A stretch of 64,000 bases of DNA from an uncultured Planctomycetota bacterium (lineage in GTDB: Bacteria > Planctomycetota > Planctomycetia > Isosphaerales > Isosphaeraceae). The notes below the pieces were generated by a model. That model saw nothing but the letters and a program-made list of their open reading frames with translations, searched no databases and was not told the origin of the DNA. Made by a program: the position numbers and the translations under genes. This document shows positions 23,389-33,854 of this stretch, in pieces (within the stretch, counting starts at the first letter, position 1; each line of letters starts with the position of its first letter). The stretch covers positions 1,536,001 through 1,600,000 of the forward strand of contig CAWGMQ010000010.1 in NCBI GenBank assembly GCA_963823665.1, written 5' to 3'.

Positions 23389-23412
23389 CGGCCTCGAGGA
23401 GGCAGGACTTCC

Positions 23413-24282
23413 ATGATGATCACGCCGAGGCTGCTCGTCGTCGCGTTTTCGTTCGCCTTGTTGACGGCACCGGCCCGCGCCGATGAGCCCTCGGTCGTTC
23501 CGCTCTGGCCGGGCGGAGCGCCGGGCTTCGAGGCCAGGCGCGGCGAGCCGGAGACAGCGAAAGACTACTGGGTCGCCAACATTCACAATCCCTCGATCAC
23601 CGTCTTTCTCCCGCCCAAGGAGAAAGCCACGGGCGCGGCAGTGGTGATTTGCCCGGGGGGCGGACATCGCCTTCTGGTCTTTAACGCAGAGGGCGTCGAA
23701 GCGGCCCGATATCTGAACAGCTTGGGTATCGCCGCGTTCGCACTCAAGTACCGGCTGGGCCGCGAAAGCGGCTCTCCGTACAAGATCGAGCTGCACGCCC
23801 GAGAAGACGGCGCTCGCGCAATGCGACTGGTTCGCAGCCGGGCGAAGGAGTGGAACATTGACCCGTCCCGCGTGGGCATCATGGGCTTTTCTGCGGGTGG
23901 CGAGGTCGCGTCGATGGTGGCGTTCAACCCCGGCGACGGTGACCCGCAGGCGCCAGACCCGGTCGATCGCCTTTCCTGCCGCCCTGACTTTCTGGTCCAG
24001 ATCTATCCCGGCCCGCTCGGAATTCCCGCGGCCGTCCCGACCGGTTCGCCACCTGCCTTCCTGCTCGTGGCCAACGACGACCGCGGCGCCGCACCCGTGA
24101 TCGCCAGCCTGCTTCAAAAGTACCGGGCGGCCAAGATCCCCGTCGAAGCCCACTTCCTCGCCAAAGGCGGCCACGGTTTCAACATGGGAAACCGCTCCAA
24201 GCTGAAAACCGTCAAGACCTGGCCCGATCGCCTCGCCGATTGGATGACCGACAACGAGATTCTGGCCGCCACGAAACAGTGA
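23413..24282 (+). CDS. Secreted alpha/beta hydrolase (BD-FAE/acetyl esterase-like)
   Basis: ICPGGG, GFSAGG, RPDF and GGHGF motifs. Confidence 0.9.
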   Translation: MMITPRLLVVAFSFALLTAPARADEPSVVPLWPGGAPGFEARRGEPETAKDYWVANIHNPSITVFLPPKEKATGAAVVICPGGGHRLLVFNAEGVEAARYLNSLGIAAFALKYRLGRESGSPYKIELHAREDGARAMRLVRSRAKEWNIDPSRVGIMGFSAGGEVASMVAFNPGDGDPQAPDPVDRLSCRPDFLVQIYPGPLGIPAAVPTGSPPAFLLVANDDRGAAPVIASLLQKYRAAKIPVEAHFLAKGGHGFNMGNRSKLKTVKTWPDRLADWMTDNEILAATKQ

Positions 24283-24310
24283 GCCCGCCGCAACCGCGTT
24301 CGATCCACTT

Positions 24311-24334
24311 GTAGCAGGCACACTCCGTGTGCCG
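24311..24334 (+). repeat. GTAG-type REP-like palindrome
   Basis: GTAGCA GGCACAC TCC GTGTGCC hairpin just after a gene end. Confidence 0.65.
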
Positions 24335-24519
24335 CCCGCCCACCCAGGCGGCGACCCGATCAAACCCAGATTGGCTGCGCCAATCCCGCACACGCCATCT
24401 TCCCGTTGAGCGGCAAGCCCCTCCTCGCTAAAATCTCCATCACGTCCGTTTCCTCCCAAAAACGCCACGACGGCTGTTCCTCGCCGGTTCCTCCGGTCTC
24501 GCACGAGAAGGATCTTGCC

Positions 24520-27500
24520 ATGCGAGCCTGTTTTACTTCGATATTGATCGTTCTCGTCCTTTCTTGCCGCGCCCTCTGCGCCCAGACACCACCCACCCCG
24601 CTCCCAGACGCCGCCCCCCCCTGGAAAATCGAGCTGGCCGCCGACGCCCGCACCGTACTTTTCCCCACCGCGATCGCGGCTGCACCCGACGGCACACTCT
24701 ACGTCGGGTCCGACCCGATGGATATGACCGGCCCGCCCACGAGTCCCATCGATCGTGTTCTGGCCCTCAAGGACGGCAAGACCCGCGTCTTCGCGGATAA
24801 GCTCTGGTGCGTTAAAGGCCTCGAATGGGTCGACGGCACCCTCTACGTCGTTCACGCTCCCTTTCTCTCGGCCTTCAGGGACCGTGATAACGATGGCCAC
24901 GCCGACGAGCGAGTGGACCTGATGACAGGCCTGGGCCCTCAGCCGCCAGGTTTCGACGGCTTGAACGACCACATCGCCTCCGGAATCCGCCTGGGCATGG
25001 ACGGATTCCTCTATATCGCTGTCGGCAGCAAGGGAATTCCCCGCGGCGTTGGTAAGGACCTCCAGAGCATTCAGCTCCGAGGCGGCGGCGTGATCCGGAT
25101 CAAAACCGATGGAACAGGTCTCGAAGTCGTTTCCACCGGCGAGTGCAATCCCCGCGGAATCGCGCTTTCCGCATCCGACGAGATCTTCACCTTCGGCACC
25201 GGCGACGACAGCAAGAAGTGGCCGAGCACCCTGACCCATCATATCGTCGGCGGCCACTTTGGGTTCCCCTTTCAGTTCCTGACCGCACCCTATCGCTCGC
25301 TCCCAACCATGGCCGGGTTCAAGGACGGAGCAGGGGCCCAGGGCGTCTGCTTTAACGAAGATGGTTTGCCCGCCGAGTATCGTGGCAACTTCTTCTTCTG
25401 TGATTGGGGCGCTCAAACGGTCTCTCGGTTCGAGATCAAGAGGGCCGGCGGAACTCACGCTGTTTCCCGCCGCACGACGATCGTCTCGAAGGGCAACTGC
25501 CACGACTTCCACCCGATCTCGCTCGCCGTCTCGGCTGATGGCGCAAGCCTTTGGGTCGTCGATTGGGCATTTGAAGGCTGGCTCGCCGACGGCCCCAGGA
25601 CCGGCCGGCTCTTCCGTCTCAGCCCATCGCCCGCAGCACCAGCCGCAGTCAATCCAGCCGCCCGCCCGTCGGGAAACGACCCGGCCGAGCGCATCAAATC
25701 GCTCGATCACCCGGCGCTGTCGGTTCGAATGGAATCCCAGCGAATCTTGATCCGAGCCGGCATCCCGGTCATTCCGGCGCTCATCGAGCGATTGACTCGC
25801 GCTGAGCCCGAAACAGGCCGCCTCCACGCCCTCTGGGCCCTCGACGCAATCGGCGGCCCCGAAGCGCGAAGCGCCATCGCGGCCGCGCTCCGCGACACGT
25901 CCGCTCGGCTCCGGCTTCAGGCCGCTCGCTCGGCCGGCATTCGCCGCGACCGCCAGGCCGCGGGTGATCTCGCACAACTTCTCCGCGATCGTGATCCATC
26001 CGTGCGCCGCGAGGCCGCAATCGCGCTCGGCAGACTCGGCGACGCTGCTCCTGCGCGAGAGCTGTACAAGGCCCTCGATGATGCAGACGCCTTCGCCGCC
26101 TGGTCGATTCGCCACGCCATCCGCCACTCCGGCGCCTGGCCGAAAGAGGAGCTGGTCGAGCGCCCTTCTGGACGAGCGCCGGCGCGAGCCCGCGCTGCGC
26201 CTCGCCGACGAATCGTGGTCGACCACCGTCGTGGCTGCGCTTGCGGAAGCGTTTGCTCAATCGCCATCGGCTCCCGTGCGCGGGCGAATCCTGGCGAACA
26301 TCGCGGGCCTGCTGCATCAGTACCCCGATTGGAACGAAACCTGGTTCGGCACCAACCCGCTCGCCGGTGCGTTCCCGCGCAAGACCAAGGATTGGGATGA
26401 AACGGGCATGAAAGCAGTGCTCGATGCGCTCTCGAACGGCCTCACCGACACCGACAGCCTCGTCCGCTTTCAGGCGATCACCGGTATCTCCGAGGCCGGC
26501 AAGGACGCGGCTCCTCGGTTGAGGGCAGCCCTGCCGCGCGAGGTCGATCCGACCAATCAAGCCGTGATCATCGAAACGCTCGGAGCGCTCAAAGATGCAT
26601 ATTCGCTCCCGTTGTTTGTCGAGATCCTGGGCGACCCCCGCCGCGACGAACCGGTGCGAATGGCCTCCCTCGCCGCGCTCGGCCAGTTCCGCGACGCGCA
26701 GTCGCTCCGCGCCAGGCTCTCGCTGATCTACGATGAAAAGGCTCCTCCGTCCCTGGTCGCCGCTGCACTGCCATACATCGCTCGCACGGGTTTTCTTCCC
26801 CCCAATGAGCTGGGGTCGTTCATGGAGAGCCAGGCCCCCGAAATCCGGGCATCGGCGCTCTTGAGCTTGAACGTCAAGAAAGCCCTCCCGCCCGACCTCC
26901 TCCAATCCGTGCTCGACCACGTAACTGACCCGAACGAGACCGTGCGCCAGGCGGCCATGCTCGCCGTGGTGCCGCTCCAGTTGCAACCCGCGGTGCCGAA
27001 GTTGCTCGAATTGGCCGCCCATCCCGGCTCGCCCGACCACGCGACCGCGGTCGAGGCCCTCTGCGGCCTCCGCGATCGCCGGGCCGTGGCCGTTTACGTG
27101 AGCGCGCTCGACGGCGAAAATCCTCGCCTCCGCAAGCTGGCTCTCTCGGCACTTCTCGCAATCAAGGACCAGGCTCGCGGGGAAATCGCCGCCGCCGCAA
27201 AATCCACGCGGCTCGGAAACGCGGCGGCGCTTCGCTCGACCGCGTCCTTGCCACTGTCACGCCGGTCACATTCTGGAAAGTGATCGGGCCGTTCCCGCAG
27301 AACATGCCCCAGCCCTTCACACGAGCGGAACCGCCGGATTTCAACAAGCGGTACGCCGGCTCGCTCGGCACCCTCGTCTCCTGGATGGACCACCGCGGGG
27401 ATACCCGTTCCGGCCGCGTCGACCTGGCTCGTCTTACCCAGGCGGGGAGCCCGGCAGAAGCCGATGCCGCCGCGGCTGGCCTCGGAGCCTTCGGGTACGC

Positions 27501-27792
27501 CGAAGTGAACGTTGACCGCGATTGCACCGTGCTCCTCGACTGCACCTCGAGCGGACCCCTGGTCGTGAACGTCAATGAGAAAACGGTTTACCCGGTCACC
27601 GCCGCAGGCGCAGATCACCCCGCCTCGGCCGCTCAAGACATCGTCCGCTGCAACCTCGTGAAGGGGCGGAACCGGATCGTCGTCGTGAGCCGCCAGGGCG
27701 CCGGTCCCTGGTTCTTCGCGATCGGTGTCGCCCCCCTCACCGCGGGCCGCGAAAAGCCGGCCGTTGCCGCCGCCCCGAAGGATCTGCATTGA
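24520..27792 (+). CDS. PVC-type glucose/sorbosone dehydrogenase-like beta-propeller + HEAT-repeat protein (frameshifts near 26160 and 27230)
   Basis: GMDGFLYIAVG, GECNPRG, FFCDWG and RLHALWAL motifs, HEAT repeats, C-terminal WKVIGPF..LVKGRNRI domain over three ORFs. Confidence 0.8.
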
Positions 27793-27873
27793 CATTAAGT
27801 GCATCAAACCGGGAAGATGCGCGCGAGAAATCGTCTCGACTTCAACTGCCAATAGGGAGATCTGCGAACGGCC

Positions 27874-28437
27874 ATGATGCTCAAAGCGACCGATATCCGG
27901 CGCGGAATGGTGATCACCATGGAGGGGATCAACTATGTGGTCCTCGACTTTGCCCACCACACGCCTGGGAACCTCCGTGCGATGGTCCAGACCAAGCTGC
28001 GCAACATGAACAATGGTTCGTTGATCGACAAGCGGCTCCGCTCCGTGGACCAGATCGAAGTGCCATTCGTCGAGGCCAAGGAATACGAATACCTCTACTC
28101 CGCCGGCGACGAGCACGTCTTCATGGACACCGAGACCTACGACCAGCTCAGCTTCAATCCCGACATCGTCGGAACCGCGATGGATTACCTGCTGCCCAAT
28201 TCGCGCGTGATGGTCAAGTACATCAACGACAAGCCCGTCTCGATCGAAATCCCTGACTTCGTCGAGCTCACCGTTTCCGACACGCCCCCATCCCTCGCCG
28301 GCGCGACGGCCACCAACCAGTACAAGGAAGCAAAGCTGGAAACCGGCCTGACTGTCTCCGTTCCTCCGTTCATCAAGATCGGCGAAAAGATCCGCATCGA
28401 CACCCGCACCGGCGAATACCTGGAACGGGTGAAGTGA
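27874..28437 (+). CDS. efp: Elongation factor P
   Basis: HHTPGNLRA, EYLY and KEAKLETGLTVSVPPFIKIGEKIRIDTRTGEYLER. Confidence 0.95.
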   Translation: MMLKATDIRRGMVITMEGINYVVLDFAHHTPGNLRAMVQTKLRNMNNGSLIDKRLRSVDQIEVPFVEAKEYEYLYSAGDEHVFMDTETYDQLSFNPDIVGTAMDYLLPNSRVMVKYINDKPVSIEIPDFVELTVSDTPPSLAGATATNQYKEAKLETGLTVSVPPFIKIGEKIRIDTRTGEYLERVK

Positions 28438-28473
28438 TCCTTTCGCCTGCCTGGCAGCTCCCGGAGCTTCACC

Positions 28474-29715
28474 GTGGACGACCTGGCGCGGCTGCTCTCG
28501 GATCTGGTCGCCATCCCCAGCGTCAACCCGATGGGCCGCGGACTCTCCGGCCCCGAGTTCCTCGAGTCCCGGCTGACAGCCTACCTTGAAGAGTGGCTGC
28601 GCGCCTTGGGCGTTCGGCTGGAGCGTCAGCACATCGCCCCCGATCGCGAAAACCTGCTCGCCTGGTATGAAGCCCCCAACGCCCAGCACCTCATCCTCTT
28701 TGACGTCCATCAAGACACAGTGCCCGTCGGCGGCATGACCATTCCCCCGTTCGTTCCCACGATCGAGCGCGGAGCCCTTTATGGCCGCGGTTCGTGTGAC
28801 GTCAAGGGCTCGATGGCCGCCATGCTCCTGGCATTCGCGCGCCTGGTCCGAGAGCGGCCGCGGGGCGCTGCATCGGTGTTGCTGGCATGCACTGTGGACG
28901 AGGAATTCACGCACCAGGGCTCTTCTCGCCTCGCCGCGACTGATCATGGCGCCAGCCTCGCGATCGTCGCCGAGCCGACCTTGCTCGACATCGTCCACTG
29001 CCACAAAGGCGTCCTCCGCTGGAAAATCCGCACTCAGGGAGTCGCCTGCCATAGCTCGACCCCCGAGCAGGGTGAAAACGCGATCTACCGTATGGCGAAA
29101 GTCGTCGAAGCGCTGGAACGATACGCCGGGACTTTGCAGCATAATAAGCCTCACGAAATCCTCGGCAGTCCCACGATGTCGGTCGGCCGGATCGAGGGCG
29201 GCGAAAGCGTGAATGTGGTCCCCGACTGGTGTGAAGTGGAAGTCGATCGCCGGTTAATCCCGGGTGAAGATCCCGCGGAGTGCCTGAGCAACGCACAGAT
29301 CTGGCTGAGCAGTCAGCTCCCCGGCGAGGTGAAGTTTGTTTTCAGCGAGCCCGGCGTCCGGATGCCCCCGTTGGCGTCCTCGGTTTCGGATTGGATCGAG
29401 CCGCTAAGTAACGCCATCCATCACGCAACCAGCCGGCGCCCTTCCTTGCGAGGAGTCCCCTTCGGCACCGACGCTGGCCCGCTGTCAGCCACAGGAACTC
29501 CGTGTGTTGTATTTGGCCCCGGTGATATCGCGCAGGCCCATACGAAGGATGAATGGATCGATCTCGAGCAGGTAGCACAAGCCGCCGAGGCCTATTTTCA
29601 AATAGCTGTGGAACTAGGGCGGACTCCGGTGCATACCTCCGCCTTCCGTGGGGAAGGTGCCGCCGCAGGCGGCGGTGCGGGGCCGGCACAGAGGGAAGAA
29701 ACCACCGCACACTAG
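28474..29715 (+). CDS. M20 family metallopeptidase (ArgE/DapE-like)
   Basis: HQDTV, YGRGSCDVKG, DEE, AEPT, GTDA, FGPG and AHTKDEW motifs. Confidence 0.92.
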   Translation: MDDLARLLSDLVAIPSVNPMGRGLSGPEFLESRLTAYLEEWLRALGVRLERQHIAPDRENLLAWYEAPNAQHLILFDVHQDTVPVGGMTIPPFVPTIERGALYGRGSCDVKGSMAAMLLAFARLVRERPRGAASVLLACTVDEEFTHQGSSRLAATDHGASLAIVAEPTLLDIVHCHKGVLRWKIRTQGVACHSSTPEQGENAIYRMAKVVEALERYAGTLQHNKPHEILGSPTMSVGRIEGGESVNVVPDWCEVEVDRRLIPGEDPAECLSNAQIWLSSQLPGEVKFVFSEPGVRMPPLASSVSDWIEPLSNAIHHATSRRPSLRGVPFGTDAGPLSATGTPCVVFGPGDIAQAHTKDEWIDLEQVAQAAEAYFQIAVELGRTPVHTSAFRGEGAAAGGGAGPAQREETTAH

Positions 29716-29791
29716 CGATGTCGCTTCGGCCGTAGGAGGGCGCTCCGTCTCCCGACTCTTCAAGATCGCACGCCCCGCTCCCACACCCTGA

Positions 29792-32215
29792 TCACGGCGA
29801 CCGCGGCCGATGCTTGCGAAGAAAAGCCACCGAGTTCGGCAACAGCCATTCAACATTGTCGAGCGTCTCCTCAAGCGGCACTTCGGTTTTCCTCTGCATC
29901 CCCCCGCGCCGCCGCTCTCGCTTCTTGATCGCCATTTCGTGCCGCCGCCGCAATCTCTCCCCCTTCGAGAGCGGATCGTTCACGCGCCGCGGCTCAACGC
30001 CTCTCTTTTCGGGTAAGGAAACCGGCAGATCGTCGCCGCCGTGCCCGTCAGCCATCGTTCGGCGCGGGTCTCTGACCCCGCCGTCCGCCCGACCGCAGGT
30101 CTCCTCTTGCCCCCCGCCACCCCCGTGCGCCTCAGTTCGGCGCGGGTCTCTGACCCCGCCGTCCGCCCGACCGCAGGTCTCCTCTTGCCCCCCGCCACCC
30201 CCGTGCGCCTCAGCTCGGCGCGGGTCTCTGACCCCGCCGTCCACCCGACCGCAGGTCTCCTCTTGCACCCCGTCGTTTTCGTCCTCCCCAGTTCCGCCCG
30301 CCTCACTCACACCCAAAGCGTCCCCGTCAACCGCGCGATCACCCGCCCCCTCCTGATTACCATCATCATTCATCCCCGACCCGTCGATTTCGTTTTGTAT
30401 ATTCGTCGCGGGCTCTTGTCCTGTAAGGGTTAAGGGAGCGAGATCGCTAAGCCCAACCTGTCTCAAGTCCGCCCGACCGCAGGTTTCCTCTTGCCCCCCG
30501 CCACCCCCGTGTGCCTCAGTTCGGCGCGGGTCTCTGACCCCGCCGTCCACCCGACCGCATGTCTCCTCTTGCTTCCCGTCGTTTTCGTCCTCCCCAGTTC
30601 CGCCCGCCTCACTCACACCCAAAGCGTCCCCGTCAACCGCGCGATCACCCGCCCCCTCCTGATTACCATCATCCTTCACCCCCGACCCGTCGATTTCGTT
30701 TTGTATGTTCGTCGCGGGTCGTTGTCCGGTAAGGGTTACGGGAACGGAATCGCTCAGCCCAGCCTGCCCCAAATCCGTGGCGTCATCCCGCATTTCCGCC
30801 CCGGCCGCGGCGCCCTGGTCCGTCGTACAATCATCGGTCACACCTTCCGCCTGCGTTGCCTCCTGAGCATTCCCATTCCCCGCGGCAGCCTCGCCCCCCC
30901 GAGCCGCGATCGATTCCATATGCCCCTGGCTCTGCCAATCTCCGGCCTTCGCGCCCACATCACTCACAGGGCCACGTCTGTAGCTGCCACCGCCACCGCG
31001 AGACGCCCGGTAATACGGCCTCTCACAAGGTTGTGGCCCGTGCTTTGCCTCCCAGCGGGCCAGCCCAGCCTCGACGTCGCCGTCATAGCCTTGGGCATCG
31101 TGATAACTCCCACGCTCGTCAATCACAAACCGCTCATCTTGCATACGCCCGCGTCGCGCGTCTTCTTTCAGCCGGTCTCGCTCCCGTCGCGCCTTCCCCC
31201 ACCCTTCATCCTCCCAGCGGTGCCACCTCTTGATGGTGTCGAGGTTGCGAATCACCAGCCGGTTGGAGCTCTCCAGATGACGCTGAATCTGCCCGGCCGG
31301 CTTGGCCTCCTCATCGCTCACAATGTTCGGTTCGACCAGATCGAGAATCGCGTCGCCTTCCGCGTGCTCCGCTTCGAGCCTCCACAGACGCTCGATGGCG
31401 TTGTCAATGATCGCAAGTAGCACGGCCCGTCCTGCCCCTGCATCGGGCGGCGTGATCGCGCGTAACTCCGGGCGCGTAAGCTGGCCCTCATGAAACTTGA
31501 CCCGATCATAGTGGATCTCGCACCGCAGCTCGCGGAAGGCGGACTTGAAGGCCGGCCTGATGGCGTGGCTCGCAAGGAACACCAAGGCGGCCTCTCGATC
31601 AAAGAGCGCGTCGAGCGGCTGCTTGCCCAGCAACCGGACGGCCATGAGTTTCTGACAGGAGAGCCATCCCTCTCCCGATTCGATCGGCTTCCTCACCTCG
31701 CCCAGGCGGTCCAGCAGCCACCGTCGGCCGGCGCGCGTCGCTTCAAGCTGGATGACCAGCCTGGCCGGCTTATCCGGGTCATCGGCTACGCCCGAATCGG
31801 AGGTCCGCGGCTCCTTGTGCTCATAGTCCCGCGACGGATAGAGCTGCGAAGGTCCCCGACGGTCATAGAGCAAGCGATCGCCCAGCCCCTCTGCGACCAG
31901 TGTCTCGCGAACCGTCTCCGCCCGCGATCGCCGCACAATATCACCCGTCACGCGGTTAACTTCTAAACGGTTAGCACGTTCGGCTCGCCAGCAAGCCATC
32001 GCCGCCAGCTTGGCCAGATCGGCCTCGGCTTGATTTCGAACCTGATGACTCGTTGTGTACGCATCAATCTTCGCCTGAAGCTCCGCCGGATCCTCCCCCG
32101 GTAAAACCGGCGTCTTCGCCGTGAGTCCATGTTTAATCGCGTTGAACCGCGACCCGTTCCTGGTCGGCGCAACCCGATCATCCATTCCGCCCACAACCGC
32201 ACTTTGCACACTCAT
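29792..32215 (-). CDS. Orphan hypothetical protein (RFNAIKHGL..VLPGED N-terminus) with repetitive C-terminus
   Basis: 807-aa ORF with internal 26-aa and 102-aa duplications. Confidence 0.75.
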   Translation of the reverse strand: MSVQSAVVGGMDDRVAPTRNGSRFNAIKHGLTAKTPVLPGEDPAELQAKIDAYTTSHQVRNQAEADLAKLAAMACWRAERANRLEVNRVTGDIVRRSRAETVRETLVAEGLGDRLLYDRRGPSQLYPSRDYEHKEPRTSDSGVADDPDKPARLVIQLEATRAGRRWLLDRLGEVRKPIESGEGWLSCQKLMAVRLLGKQPLDALFDREAALVFLASHAIRPAFKSAFRELRCEIHYDRVKFHEGQLTRPELRAITPPDAGAGRAVLLAIIDNAIERLWRLEAEHAEGDAILDLVEPNIVSDEEAKPAGQIQRHLESSNRLVIRNLDTIKRWHRWEDEGWGKARRERDRLKEDARRGRMQDERFVIDERGSYHDAQGYDGDVEAGLARWEAKHGPQPCERPYYRASRGGGGSYRRGPVSDVGAKAGDWQSQGHMESIAARGGEAAAGNGNAQEATQAEGVTDDCTTDQGAAAGAEMRDDATDLGQAGLSDSVPVTLTGQRPATNIQNEIDGSGVKDDGNQEGAGDRAVDGDALGVSEAGGTGEDENDGKQEETCGRVDGGVRDPRRTEAHGGGGGQEETCGRADLRQVGLSDLAPLTLTGQEPATNIQNEIDGSGMNDDGNQEGAGDRAVDGDALGVSEAGGTGEDENDGVQEETCGRVDGGVRDPRRAEAHGGGGGQEETCGRADGGVRDPRRTEAHGGGGGQEETCGRADGGVRDPRRTMADGHGGDDLPVSLPEKRGVEPRRVNDPLSKGERLRRRHEMAIKKRERRRGGMQRKTEVPLEETLDNVEWLLPNSVAFLRKHRPRSP
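30057..30780. repeat. Intragenic REP-like palindromes (4 copies) within 78-bp and 306-bp tandem duplications
   Basis: GTTCGGCGCGGGTCTCTGACCCCGCCGTCCRCCCGACCGCAGGTCTCC at 30057, 30135, 30213 and 30519. Confidence 0.9.
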
Positions 32216-32269
32216 CGCATCACCATGACCCTATCTGTGGCCCGAAAGCCCGCCAATTCCGCCCGCGAA

Positions 32270-32291
32270 GTAGGTCAGGCTTCAGCCTGAC
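32270..32291 (+). repeat. GTAG-type REP (second copy at 37042-37063)
   Basis: GTAG GTCAGGCT TC AGCCTGAC perfect hairpin. Confidence 0.75.
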
Positions 32292-32775
32292 GATTTCCCT
32301 GAAGTCCGTCGCGCGAAAGCCGAACAATTCCGCGCACGATGGGGAGATCACAGATCAACTCGACGCCCTGACACCAACACCCGTGCCGAACGACGCCCCA
32401 TCCCCGATCATCCGTCGCGATGCCATAATATAGGCCACGATTACCTGTTACGCAAATTAATCCCGTGCTTCAAACTAAATGGCTCGGCGAATCGGGGCTG
32501 ATCGAGACGATTGCGCACAGCCCACACGCGTCGGGTCGTCGATCTTAAGGCTTTGCCACACAAGGCTAAGAATCTACGCCGTCAAAAACGAACCCCAAAT
32601 TTCTGCGCTTGCGTAACCGGCAAAACTCCGTACTATCCGTCACAAATGGCGGACACAACGCTCGCGCGGGATTCCTCTCATCTCCGCTGCGCCTTGCCCA
32701 AAGCAAGCCTGTTGACCGACATTTGTCGCCTGCGAGATCTTGAAGACTGAGCCGGTGCCCCTTGAGGTCCCACCA

Positions 32776-33050
32776 TCGGCGGCGATGACGCGGAGATGCC
32801 GCAGCCCTATCGGGACGCCGGCTTTATCGTGATGATCCCGATCTTGCGCGGCGAGAACGGCCAGCCCGGATCCTATACGATGTTCTACTTCGGCGATCAG
32901 GAAGGCTGGGCAACATTATCGACCCAACGAGCGGCGGAGCTGGCCAAGCATAAAGGGCTCGATGCCGAAGCGATCGAACTCCCAGGAGACCATTTCTCCT
33001 CGGTACCGGTAGCGATCCGGAAGAGCATCGAGTTTTTCAGGCTCAAATAA
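32776..33050 (+). pseudogene. Alpha/beta hydrolase remnant (copy 1): 5'-truncated with an in-frame internal deletion
   Basis: Matches 34446-34559 joined directly to 34854-35015; lacks GHSAGG. Confidence 0.9.
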
Positions 33051-33139
33051 TCGGACCGGAATGCAGCACGACGCGGCAGGATTGTCTCCGCGATGCTTTA
33101 ATGGAGCAGTGAAGCCCGGCGAAGGAACGAGGATCACAT

Positions 33140-33361
33140 ATGGAAACCGAGCGAGTGGTCATTTCCGGATTGGTCAAGAACGGGGTGGTTGTGCCTCAGG
33201 GCTCGAACCAGCTTCCCGAGGGAGCACTGGTCGCGATCGTGATCCCGTCAGGCTCACCGCACCTCACAACGGACGTGCGCACCGAATTCGACGCCTGGGA
33301 ACGAGTGAGTGACGAGGCTTGGGCACTCATTGATCAATGGGAGCGCGAGGAGCAACCTTGA
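33140..33361 (+). CDS. Putative antitoxin (DUF104/AbrB-like N-terminus), copy 1
   Basis: ISGLVKNGVVVP..LPEGALV, acidic C-terminus, TTGA overlap with the toxin. Confidence 0.75.
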   Translation: METERVVISGLVKNGVVVPQGSNQLPEGALVAIVIPSGSPHLTTDVRTEFDAWERVSDEAWALIDQWEREEQP

Positions 33362-33696
33362 CCGCGGGCGCCGTGCATTGGGTCGAGCTTCCGCCCTCGA
33401 CCGCCCACAAACAGAGCGGCCGCCGCCCCGCCATCGTCGTACAAGACGAGAAGTATGCCGGGACACTACCGGTCGTCCTCACGGTACCGCTCACCACGGC
33501 GACCTCGACCCTGCGGTTCCCCGGCACGGTGTTGGTCCAACCCAGCGATGAGAACGGCCTGCAGTCACCTTCGGTCGCGCTCGTCTTTCAAACGCGCACC
33601 GTAGACCGACGGCGCATCGGCAATCGGTTGGGTACTGTGAGCGCGCGAGTTCTCGCGGAGATCTTCGCCGCCCTGGATAAGCTCTTGGGACGCTGA
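33358..33696 (+). CDS. PemK/MazF family toxin, copy 1
   Basis: HKQSGRRPAIVVQ, VPLTT, NGL..PSVALVFQ.RTVD..R and LG.V motifs. Confidence 0.9.
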   Translation: MTAGAVHWVELPPSTAHKQSGRRPAIVVQDEKYAGTLPVVLTVPLTTATSTLRFPGTVLVQPSDENGLQSPSVALVFQTRTVDRRRIGNRLGTVSARVLAEIFAALDKLLGR

Positions 33697-33854
33697 CAAG
33701 CGACCAGCATGCACAGCGGGAAGTTGTCGCGGCCCGCAGCCTGGTGAGATCAGCCAGTGTGACCTGCGCGCGCACCGAGCTGGTCGCGTTAATCCGGTCG
33801 TCGGGCAGACACTCCGGTCGGCCCGTCAGAGCCAACACGCATGCTCGATCGTTC

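Noticed and set aside
22786..26226. 1146-aa minus-strand ORF
   Set aside because: Antisense shadow of three well-supported plus-strand genes in high-GC DNA; no motifs.
27094..29154. 686-aa minus-strand ORF
   Set aside because: Antisense to efp and the M20 peptidase.
30057..30260. CRISPR array
   Set aside because: Spacers are identical and the repeat lies in frame inside a CDS.
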